NCBI GenBank assembly: GCA_030390025.1
Contig: JASTWF010000346.1
Location: 248,001 to 312,000, forward strand
Length of the DNA: 64,000 nucleotides
Reading direction: 5' to 3'
DNA from: Squalus acanthias
Taxonomy: Eukaryota
Shown here: piece after piece, positions 39,101 through 49,469 of the stretch
Numbering within the stretch: position 1 is the stretch's first letter
How the letters are laid out: every line of letters starts with the position of its first letter
Notes under the pieces: generated by a model
The model's input: the letters and a program-made list of their open reading frames with translations, nothing else
Told to the model about the DNA's origin: nothing
Database searches by the model: none
Translations under genes and position numbers: made by a program

Positions 39101-42100
39101 TGAGGGACTTCAGTTATGCGGAGAGATGAGAGGCTAGGATTGTCTTCCTTAGACCAGAGAAAATTAAGGGGAGATTTAATAGAGATGTTCAAAATTATGA
39201 GCGGTTTTGATAGAGTAAATAACGGAAAACTGTTTCCACCGGCAAGAGAGTTAGTAACCAGAGGACATAGATTTACAATTGGCATAATAACCAGAGGGGA
39301 GATGAGGAGAAATTTTTGTATGCAGTGAGTTGTTATGATTTGGAATGCGCTGCCTGAAAAGGTGGTGGAGGCAGATTCAAGAGTAACTTTCAAAAGGGAA
39401 TTGGATATATACCTGAAAAGGAAAAATCTGAGAGTGGAGGAGTTTTTTTTTTAAATTCATTCACAGGATATGGTTGTCGCTGGCCAGGCCAGCATTTATT
39501 GCCCATCCTTAGTTGCCCTTGAGAAGGTGGTGGTGAACAGCTTGGCTAAAGGCACAGCTAGTTGTGGAGCACAAGTCTTCAGTACTACAGCTGGGATGTT
39601 GTCAGGGCCCACAGCCTTTGCTGTATCCAGTGAACTCAGCCATTTCTTGATATCATGTGGAGTGAATCGAATTGGCTGATGACTGGCTTCTGTGATGGTG
39701 GGGATCTCGGGAGGAGGCCGAGATGGATCATCCACTTGGCACTTCCTGGTTGCAAACGCTTCAGCCTTGCCTTTTGCACTCACGTGCTGGGCCCCGCCAT
39801 CATTGAGGATGGGGATGTTCATGGAGCCTCCTCCTCCCGTTGGTTGTTTAATTGTCCACTACCATTCACGACTGGATGTGGCAGAACTGCAGAGCTTTGA
39901 TCTGATCCGTTGATTGTGGGATCACTTAGCTCTGTCTATAGCATGCTGCTTCCGCTGTTTAGCATGCATGTAGTCCTGTGTTGTAGATTTACCAAGTTGC
40001 CACCTCATTCTTAGGTACCCCTGTACTGCTCCCGGCATGCTCTTCTACACTCCTCTTGAACCAAGGTTGGTTCCCCCAGCTTGACGGTAATGGTAGAGTG
40101 AGGAATATGCCAGGCGATGAGGTTACAGATTGTGGTGGAATACAATTCTGCTGCTGCTGATGGCCACAGCACCTTATGGATGCCCAGTTTTGAGCTGCTA
40201 GATTGGTTTTGAATCATTTAGCACAGTGGTAGTGTTACACAACACGATGGAGGATGTCCTCAGTGGGAAGACTGAATTCGTCTCCACAAGGACTGTACGC
40301 TGGTCACTCCAACCAATGCTGCCATAGACAGATGCATCTGCGACAGGTAGATTGGCGAGTACGAGGTCAAGTAGTTTTTTCCCTCATGTTGGTTCTCTCA
40401 CCACCTGCCGCAGGCCCAGTCTGGCAGCTGTGTCCTTCAGGACTCGGCAGCTTGGTCAGTATTGGTACTACAGAGCCACACTTGGTGATGGACATTGAAG
40501 TCCCCCACCCAGAGTACATTCTGTGCCTTTGCTTCCTTCAGTGCTTCTTCCAAGTGGTGTTCAACATGGAGGAGTACTGATTCATCAGCTGAGCGAGGGC
40601 AGTAGGTGGTAATCAGCAAGAGATTTCCTTGCCCATGTTTGACCTGATGCCATGAGACTTCTTGGGGTCCAGAGTTAATGTTGAGGACTCCCAGGCGCAC
40701 TCCCTCCCGATTGTATATATCACTGTGCTGCTACCTCTGGTCATAGGACATACCCAGGGATGGTGATGGGGAGTCTGGGACATTGGCTGAAAGGTATGAT
40801 TCTGTGAAAATGAATCCCCAGATGTTAGTGAGAACTTTGCAGGGTTGACTGGGCTGGGTTTGCCTTTGTCGTGTCCGAATCCGGTGCCTATGTCGATGCT
40901 GAGTGATCCGTCTGGTTTTATTCCTTATTATTGTTTTTCGTAGCGGTTTGTTACAACCGAGTGGCTTGCTGGGCCATTTCAGAGCACAGTTAAGAGTCAA
41001 CCACATTGCTGTCTGGAGCCACATATAGGCCCAACCATGTTGAACACCACTTGGAAGAAGCACGACAGATTTCCTTCCCTAAATGACATTAGTGAACCAG
41101 ATGGGTTTTACGACAATCCGATAGTTTCACAGTCACCATTGCTAGCTTTTAAATTCCAGATTTATTTAATTAACTGAATTAAATAACCCAGTTGCCATGG
41201 TGGGATTTGAAGTCCTGTCTCCGGACCATTAGTCCAGGCCTCTGGATTACTAGTCTAGTAACATAACCACTATGCTATTGTATCCCAAATGGAACATTGG
41301 GTAGCTCTTTTGAAGAGCCAGCACAGGCACGATAGGCCGAATGGCCTCTTTTTGTGCTGTAACATTCTATGAAATGTTTCCTTTTCAGTCTATATTCTGA
41401 AAACATTGTAGATTTTGCAGTGAGGGCAATTTTACATACTCATAATTAGTGTAATTATTCAGCCCTTTTGTACAACGTGTATTTGTGTGTGTGCAATTGC
41501 ACATATATGTTACTATGTTGCAATCATTATGTGAAGACATGTTAAACTTCTCCCAGTTCTGCTGAGGCTGCCTAAAATCAATTTTCACCAGGAGGAAATT
41601 GTTAACGCAGACATTGAAATTCATGCACGGACTTAAATTTGCATTTCCCAGACAGTCTTAATAAGCAAAACAGACCCACTTCCCCTGGGACCAAGTCCTG
41701 GCAGGCTGGTGTGCAGTGGGATATAATGTTGAGTGCAACTGCCAGGATCACTGGTTGATGATGTCAGCCCACCTGCTCCACCTCTTTGTGCTCCCACACA
41801 GGAGTCTGACGCAAAAAGCATCTGGTCCAATTGTCATGAAATTTTGAATGGGTCATGAAAAGGGTGAGACCCCCAATGTACCCAGATTATGATCCAAAAT
41901 CCTCCCTTGCCCACCCACACAATGGCAGCTTTGTATTACCAGGGTCCCAGTAATTTCGGGGCATATGTCTTTCAATTTACAATGATCGTGAATTTTTTTT
42001 CCTCTGGAATTATTTGCATGCACCCCGTGAAAACTTCTCCAGTCTAATTGGTTTATTATTTCTGTTTTCAGATTGGAAGAAGATTTGTGAGTGTGAAGGT

Positions 42101-45100
42101 AAGATCTGCAAGATAGGTTGTAATAAACATTTACATAAATTTGATTGTAACTGATCTACTCCCTTGATCATAAATCACTATAGTACATGAAATTGTGTTT
42201 GAAGAGACCTCCTCTTGTCACTCTCCACCTTCACTCTGGATAATTTTCTGAGTTCATGCTGCTGCCTGCGAGCCTCAAACATTAGCAGTACACATTAGGA
42301 AATAGCAGATGCACTGCCCACGATTTTCCATCCATTAATTGGAATAGATGGCAAATTGAGGGCAGCATGCACACAGTTTTCCAATGTGCTTGGCTGCTGG
42401 GTGACCCTCCTAGCCAGCAGTGTGAACTCTGAAAACCAGCTCTTAAATGTGCAAAATTAATTGATTTCTTTGGGTGAAAATCAAGGCCATCCACACAACA
42501 GCCTCTTCCTCTTTCATCCCCTCTGCTACCCTTTTCCTGATTAAGTTTCCAGCCACACTGCATTCTGCAGTTTCTCCCCATCTCCCACCCAACCCTCATT
42601 AGGCTCAATTCGTCTATCAGCTCCCTCAAGCCCCTTATGTCCCAGCTCCTGAGCATCCAATTTCCTCTTTTCAGCCCCATGCTCACTGACATCAACAATG
42701 TAGCTCTTTTTTCCTGAAGCAGAATATTTTTTCAAAGGTGAGAGACTGGGAAATGTTGGTATTCAGAGGGACCTGGGTGTCCTTGTACACAAATCACAAA
42801 GTTAACATGTAGGTACAGCAAGCATTTAGGAAAGCAAATGGTATGTTAGCCTTTATTACAAAGGGATTGGTGTATAAGAGTAAATAAGTCTTCTTGCAAT
42901 TATATAGGGCCTTGGTGAGACCACACCTGGAGTACTGTGTATAGTTTTGGTCTCCTTACCTAAGCAAGGATGTGCTTGCCTTCGAGGGAGTGCAACAAAG
43001 GTTCACTAGACCGAGTCCTGAGATGAAGGGATTGTCCTCTGAGGAGAGATTGAGTAGACTAAGCCTATATTTCCTAGAGTTTAGAAGAATGAGAGGTGAT
43101 CTCATTGAAACAGACAAAATTGTTAAGGTGCTTGACCGGCGAGATGCTGGCAGGATGTTTCCCCTGGCTGGGGAGACTAGAACTAGAGGTCACAGTCTCA
43201 GAATAAGGGATTGGCCATTTAGGACTGAGATGAGGAGAAATATATTCTCAATGGTTTGTGAATCTTTGGAATTTTCTACCCCAGAGGGCTGTGGATGCTC
43301 AGTCATTGAGTATATTCAAGACAGAGATCAATAGATTTTTGAATACTAAGGGAATCAAGGGATATGGGGATAGGGCGGGAAAGTAGAGTTGAGGTAGCGA
43401 TCAGCCATTATCTTATTGAATGGCGGAGCAGGCTCGAGGGGCCGATTGGCCTACTCCTGCTCCCGTTTCTTGTGTTCTTGTGAATCTTAAGTGAATTGGC
43501 CCGCTCTTGACCATATGATGGATGGAATGTCACTGATGAAACAGCTCAAGATGGTTGGGCCACGGACGCTGCCCTGACAAACCTTGGCAGTGATTACCTG
43601 GAGCTAAGATAATAGGGCTCCACCACAACCATCTTCCTTTGTATCAGGCATGACTTTAGCCACTGAGGGGTTTCTCTATGATCCCTGTTGACCTCAGTTT
43701 TACTAATGTGAGAAGTCACACAACACCAGGTTATAGTCCAACAGCTTTATTTGAAATCACAAGCTTTCGGAGCGCTGCTCCTTCGTCAGGTGAACGAAGG
43801 AACAGCGCTCCGAAAGCTTGTGATTTCAAATAAAGCTGTTGGACTATAACCTGGTGTTCTGCGACTTCTCACATTTGTCCACCCCAGTCCAACACCGGCA
43901 TCTCCACATCAGTTTTACTAGGGATCCTTGCCATATTTGATCAAGTGCTGTCTTGATGTTGACCACAGTTACTCTCCTCTTTCCTCTGCATGCAACTCTT
44001 GTCCAGGCTTCTATCAAAGCTGTGACATAGTCTGGACCTGACTGGTTCTGGCACAACCTGAGCTGAGTAGGTGTTGCTTGATGACTCATTCATTAGTTTA
44101 CTGATGATTAGGAGGAGCCAAATATAATGATTATTAGCCAGGTAAGATTTCTCCTGTTTTTTGTGGGTTTGACATACCTGGGTAATTTTTCATATTGTCT
44201 AGCAGGTGCCAGTGTCATACTGGAATAGTTTGGTTGGGGGGTTGAGCTGATTTGGCTGGATGCTGCCATTTATGATAGTGAGGATCTTGAAAGAAGGTAG
44301 ATTAGGCTTGTCCACTCTGCACTATTGGCTAAAGAGGCTTTCAAATACTTCAGCCTTGTCTCTTGCACTCACCTGCAGGGCTCCACCATAGTTGAGGATG
44401 CTCACGGATATGGTAGCACTACAGAGCTTTGTTCTGATCTGTTGGTTATAGGACTGCTTAGCTCTCTACAGCCTACTAGCCCTGTATTGTAGCTCGACAA
44501 GGATGGTGTCTTATTCGAAGATATGCTGGTGCCGTTCTTGGCTCGCCCTTCTACACTTTTTCTATTGAATCAGGGTTGGTTTTCTGACTTGATGGTGGAA
44601 TGAGGGCTATGTTGGGCCATGAGGTTACAGAGTGTGATGGTATACGATTTTGCTGCTGATGCTTCATGGATGTTTGGTTTTGGATTGCTAGATCAATAAT
44701 TTTTTACGATCAATAAAAACAGAAAATGCTGAAAATACTCAGCAGGCCAGGCAGCAGCTGTGAAGAAAGGCTGGCAGGCTTAACATTCCAAGTTGATGAC
44801 TTTTCGTCAGAACTTTTTGCTTTCTATTTTTTACCATTTCTGTTGCATTGACCACCTATACTTCTACATCCACTCCACCACTGCTAAAACCCTAATTTGC
44901 AGTTTTATCAACTTGAGCCTTGCTTTCTCCACTCTTCACAAATTAAAATGTATTACCAGCTCTTTCATCCACCACACCCCTTCCCTTTGGAACTCTCTCC
45001 CCAAATCGGTCCACTCTGACACTTTCCTCCCTACTTTAAAATCCCTCCTAAAAGGCTTCCTGTTGAAACCCTGCCGCTCCCTATTTGCTGCCTCTCTGTA

Positions 45101-45800
45101 AAGTGCTTTCAGGCATCTTTGTGTCAGCCAGGAGTGCTACAGAGGTGTAAGTGGTTGTTCTCCGAGTTGTGATTCTTGCTACAATTCCTCTTGCTTTATT
45201 TGGTATTTACAGTTGATTGTTTTAATCTAGCCTCAGAACCTGTACTTCAGCTTTAATTCTGCCCTTTTCTTCCCAGTCTCTGTAACCCTGGATACAGAAA
45301 CAGCAAATCCATGGCTTGAGGTGTCCAAGGATCTGAAGAAGGTGAAATTGACCCAGACAGCAAGGAGTCTCCCTGAAAATGAGGAGAGGTTTACAGCCTG
45401 GGAATCTGTGCTGGGATCAGAGGGATTCACATCGGGGAGTCACTACTGGGAGGTGGAGGTGGTGGGGAATCGCCGCTGGACTCTGGGAGTGGCCACAGAG
45501 TCTGTGGAGAGGAAGACAGAGATGAAACTGATACCGGGGAATGGATTCTGGACCATCGGGCAGGTTGAAGATCAATTTCAGGCAAACTCCGCGAATCAAT
45601 CAGATATCCCTGCCCGTGAGATTCCCAGGAAGATTGGAGTTTATCTCAGTTATGAGTCCAGGATAGTTTCATTCTATAGTGCGAACACAAAGTCTTACCT
45701 CTACACTTTCACTGGGAACGAATTTACAGAGAAAGTTTATCCTTTTTTCTACACGGCTCATCGTAACAAATGGCTGAGAATCTGTCCAGTGCAGCATTAG
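21125..45800 (+). CDS. Butyrophilin-like (BTN/BTNL) protein, 473 aa; join(21125..21182,23569..23916,28804..29088,32658..32777,34361..34393,37441..37467,42072..42098,45277..45800)
   Basis: All eight exons have GT-AG boundaries and all introns are phase 1. Lengths 58+348+285+120+33+27+27+524=1422 nt give an open frame ending in TAG. Domain order SP-IgV-IgC-TM-short exons-B30.2 is the canonical butyrophilin architecture. Confidence 0.92.
23569..23916 (+). CDS. BTN-like IgV exon
   Basis: [25 protein letters not shown]...VRW...[36 protein letters not shown] is a BTN/MOG-type V-set domain; 348 nt, phase 1-1. Confidence 0.95.
24680..25710 (+). mobile_element. Old rearranged Tx1-type endonuclease fragment
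   Basis: cctaaatatccacggcagcagg and ctgcaagaaacccacac resemble 16788-16890; contains an internal inversion. Confidence 0.6.
27240..27905 (-). mobile_element. CR1 LINE 3' portion
   Basis: [40 protein letters not shown]. Confidence 0.88.
28804..29088 (+). CDS. BTN-like IgC exon
   Basis: [19 protein letters not shown]...[21 protein letters not shown] is a B7/BTN C-type domain; tag|GT...AG|gtctgt; 285 nt. Confidence 0.95.
30068..30470 (+). mobile_element. LINE family B 3' fragment
   Basis: [26 protein letters not shown]; 3' tail with A-run. Confidence 0.85.
31621..32547 (+). mobile_element. Young 5'-truncated CR1 LINE (uninterrupted 269-codon ORF2 C-terminus)
   Basis: ORF 31638-32447 [17 protein letters not shown]...[13 protein letters not shown]; (TATCTATG)n tail. 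Confidence 0.92.
32658..32777 (+). CDS. BTN-like transmembrane exon
   Basis: [40 protein letters not shown]; tttgcag| and |gtacgg boundaries. Confidence 0.9.
33497..33766. mobile_element. Tc1/mariner (Tigger/pogo-like) MITE, 270 bp
   Basis: TIR CAGGTTGAGYGTCC..AATCCGG at both ends, flanked by TA; internal TCCGGA repeats. Confidence 0.85.
34361..34393 (+). CDS. BTN-like short cytoplasmic exon ([11 protein letters not shown])
   Basis: atttttccag| acceptor, |gtaagg donor, 33 nt, phase 1-1. Confidence 0.8.
34575..35185 (-). mobile_element. LINE family B 3' fragment
   Basis: [42 protein letters not shown]. Confidence 0.88.
35720..36780 (+). mobile_element. Degenerate CR1 piece followed by family B LINE remnant
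   Basis: actagtggggtgccacagggatcggtgctggg ([10 protein letters not shown]), then gacttgactttgttctcaccaac (LDFVLTN) and later family B sequence. Confidence 0.65.
37441..37467 (+). CDS. BTN-like short cytoplasmic exon (DQWKPLVES)
   Basis: ttttattttttag| acceptor, |gtatga donor, 27 nt, phase 1-1. Confidence 0.8.
37587..38315. mobile_element. TIR MITE (Harbinger-like)
   Basis: 18-bp TIRs GGGTCAGAATTTGCTGTC / GACAGCAAATTCTGGCCC with 1 mismatch; similar to 12477-13199. Confidence 0.75.
38870..39430 (+). mobile_element. CR1 LINE fragment
   Basis: [39 protein letters not shown]. Confidence 0.8.
39455..41285 (-). mobile_element. Internally deleted LINE family B copy with tRNA-like 5' head
   Basis: APE motifs ([14 protein letters not shown]), [17 protein letters not shown], 3' tail at 39455. 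The 5' end (41285-41195) has A-box-like and B-box-like sequences. Confidence 0.75.
42072..42098 (+). CDS. BTN-like short cytoplasmic exon (DWKKICECE)
   Basis: tctgttttcag| acceptor, |gtaaga donor, 27 nt; a W-basic-basic exon like those preceding B30.2 in BTNs. Confidence 0.8.
42725..43482 (+). mobile_element. CR1 LINE 3' portion
   Basis: EGVQQRFTR...[13 protein letters not shown]...[11 protein letters not shown]1 3' UTR. Confidence 0.88.
43706..43908. mobile_element. Penelope-like inverted-repeat insertion with 12-bp TSD
   Basis: Inverted arms of about 80 bp around the loop CAGGTGA; TCAGTTTTACTA at 43694-43705 and 43909-43920. Confidence 0.8.
45277..45800 (+). CDS. B30.2 (PRY-SPRY) terminal exon
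   Basis: [17 protein letters not shown]...[18 protein letters not shown]...WTLGVA...[16 protein letters not shown]...VYPFF; ttcttcccag| acceptor; AATAAA at about 45990 and 46079. Confidence 0.95.
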
Positions 45801-47292
45801 TTCTTTAAAAGGTCGCTGGCCTCGAGGTTTCTCCAAAATACTTTCCAGTTCAACAGTCAGTCAAAGGAACCTGTCAAATATATAAATATTAAAGTTAATC
45901 TACCCTTTTAAGAAAAGATTATATAAAATATCTAAAATGCTGCTGGGTGACTGACAATTATTGTGGGAGTTTGCTGGAATCTACCCTTTAATAAAATATC
46001 TTCTGATTGTATGAGCTTTAAATAATGTAAATTCAGTTTCCAGCAGGGCAGCCCACTCCATGTTTGTGTTTGATATAAAATAAAAACTAGGAACAGATTA
46101 AAGATCCCATATTTCATCAGATACAGAGTGGGGAGTGAAGGTTTCACCCCATATAAGCCAGGAGAACATCAGTGATGGATTTGCCACCCAACTGCTACCA
46201 GATTATAAAAGCATCCCTGTAACCTGAGACCTTGGGTCTTTAATTAGTTTGCAGTCTGTTGATGTCACTTGTGTCTGTCAGCACAGAATCAGATCGACGG
46301 TTCACTTTAAGAGAAAGTGTGTCAGATTGTTGGCCACCATAATGGTGATGTAGCACTGTACAAGAACTTTGGTGAGAGATTTTCCTCAAGTGTGGGATCA
46401 CTATCGTGAGTGGGACGTTTGCATGCTGGGCCAACCACACACTGACCCTGTCCCATTTTCTTGGTTGTGGTCAACTCCCAGCGTTATCTCCGCTCTTCCA
46501 CTGGGACTCTGCTGCTGCGGGATTGGGAAATGTTGAGCTTCTGTAGTGGGACATCTGTTGCAGCAACTGAAATAAGTGCGGCCAGTTTAAAAGGGGGCAG
46601 AAGTCTGCTAAATGTTTCAGATCAATATTTAGAATTGCCACTTAGTGAGCCAGTTGGAAAAAAAAAAATAGCAGTCAGAAGATTTGGAAGAGGGAAGAGC
46701 TGGCTATATCTCATATCTGGCATCTGTTGCCACCACAGTTCCCCTACCACTTCCTTCTTTCCGGCCTCCCTCCTCCCTCCATTGGCAGCAGAGGTGGGAA
46801 TGAAGGAAATTGTCTGGATTCCTAGTCCTCGCCCCCTCACTATTGATTTACATGCAGCGGGGCAGCTGTCTGCCATCCACAGCAGTGGGAGCAGAGAAAA
46901 TGTTAGTGGAGATTTGATGGGAGGCCTCCCCATCTGATTTTCCTGCACACTCTGCCTCAGGACTGCTCGTTTTCAGGTGGGAATTTGGGGGAAAAATCCT
47001 CCCTTCACTTTTTATAATCACTACAAGGTTTATATAGCAGGGTCAATCAAGGCAAATAAAGGTCAAACAAGGTTCAGGGATAAACATGAAGCGCTATGTG
47101 GTTAACTCGAGAAGTACACATAAACAATGCTTTTTTTTGCATGGGCTGGAGGTGGGAAGGGACACATTGTTCTTCCAATTTCTCCCTTCTCAAAGCAGTG
47201 ACTCATACTGGTGTTTGAATCCAAGGGCAGCACCAGTCCTCGCTCAGGAGGTCATAATTTGTATGAGAGACTAAATAGTGAGGCTAATCTAG

Positions 47293-47666
47293 ACTCCCAG
47301 TACTGAGCTAAACTAACTCAGCACAGACCAGCACTCCCAACACTGAGCTAAACTAACTCAGCACAGACCAGCATTCCCAATACTGAGCTAAACTAACTCA
47401 GCACAGACCAGCACTCCCAGTAAACTCAGCACAGACCAGCACTCCCAACACGGAGCTAAACTAACTCAGCACAGACCAGCATTCCCAACACTGGGCTAAA
47501 CTAACTCAGCACAGACCAGCATTCCCAACACTGAGCTAAACTAACTCAGCACAGACCAGCACTCCCAACACTGAGCTAAACTAACTCAGCACAGATCAGC
47601 ATTCGCACTGAGCTAAACTAACTCAGCAGACCAGAACTCCAAACAATGAGCTCAAGTTACTCAGCA
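47293..47666. repeat. 40-bp minisatellite, about 9 copies
   Basis: Unit ACTCCCAACACTGAGCTAAACTAACTCAGCACAGACCAGC. Confidence 0.92.
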
Positions 47667-49469
47667 GAGGTGTTGTATTGCAGGAGTTAGAATAAAGCTG
47701 CCTCCTTGTTGTCCTATTAATATGCTCAAAATAACTGAGAAGAACCCCTATAACTACAGCAGAGATTTCTTAATTTCTAACAATTATCCCTTTAATCTCC
47801 AGCACCTTAGTGCCAAATTATGTTCTTATCTCTAATTTTCTTCTTTTACATTTCTTGTATTGGATTATTTTCTTTTATAGTTCTTGACTACAGACTGCAT
47901 CTGTATCAAAACTATCAATGTACTTGTTATTGCTTGAAATAATAAAACTGTTTTACAACAGTGCACACTGCCCCCTGGCATTGTAACTGGAAGGTGCAAG
48001 TAACAGACTAAACTGATCTTTATTAACATGCAGACAGCTGTGGTTTCACACTGGGAATCAGGATTGTATTTAAAATATATTAAACCTCACTTTAATTTTC
48101 AAATTATGTATTGTATTTTCTGATACATTGAGCAATGATGTGCATGAAAGACAGACAAGTAGCTCTTTAAAAAGTGCAAACCGACCGTGAAGTAGGTAAA
48201 ATCTAAATTATAAACAGAATTAACACAAAAATAAACTTTGAATTTAGACTTTCTGGTTAGGTCTCACTTCAGAATCATAAGTAAATAAGTGGAAACCCCA
48301 CTTCAGAACTTGAGCACATAGCCTAGGTTGGCATTTCAGTGCAGTACTGAACAAGTGCTATATTGTCAGTGTTATCTTTCCAATGAGATGCTAGAACGAG
48401 GTCCTGTTCTGGTGGTTCGGCAGGATATAAAAGATCCCATGGCACTATTTAAAGAAGAGCAGGGAGTTCTCCTGGCCCATATTTATCCCCAAACTAATCA
48501 AGAATCTCCCACCCCAAACAACCTCATATTAGCTGGTCATTCGCCTCATTTGCTGTTCATGTGACCTTGCTGGGAGTAAATTGGCAATCACATTCAAAAG
48601 AAAGTCTTGCATTTCTACAGCGCCCTTCACGACCACCGGACTTGCCAAAGCGCTTTACAGCCAATGAAGTACTTTTTGAAATGCCTACATAACAGCAGTG
48701 ACTTCACTTCAGAAGTTATTTATTGGTTGTGAAGTGTTTTAGGATTCATTTGGGGAGACGAAAGGATACTTGTACAAGTTTGCTGGTTCCTTAGACTGAA
48801 ATGAAAAGCAAACGTTTAATTCCAATGGGGAGCTGCCATTTGGCTCATTGTGTGTCCATGTTCTATTCCATTAATGTACTTGGACCATTGATCGATCTAA
48901 TTAACCAGTGCGGCCTCTTCCCAGCCTGTCCGATGTCACCCCTTATGATCCTTCCATTCCCTCAAGGCTAAGGTGTGCCGGTGCTGTTTGCTTCATGTCT
49001 GTGCTGCAGTTCTGGTGTGAAAGCAGCTTGAATCCAGAGGCGGGGCGGCTAACCTGACCATGTGAAGTGAGTGAGACTGCCCCGCCTGGAGGAGGGAGTC
49101 TCGCTCTGCTTCACTCCGGAGTCGCTCCGGGCCTCGACACCTGGTTTACACTGCACACGTTCGGTGTGGGTGTGAAGGGGAAACAGCTTCACTCTGACGC
49201 TAATCTCATGGTGTGAAGACACCCGGGAGAGTCTCGGGTGTCCCCCCGTCTGGTGTCCAGTTCCTTGTCCTCTCTCCCGGTGTTTGCAAGAAGCCAGAGG
49301 GCAATTTCCTATAAACAAACTAGTCCGATTGAGGGAATATATCGGCAGCAGCTGGACCAAGGGGACAGCTTCATCCGGCCCGCCGACTTACCCTCCGAGG
49401 CGGACTGACTGCGGGGAAATGTCCCTCGGACTCCGCAACTTTCTGAGGCCGCTCCCGCGTCTGCTCAAC

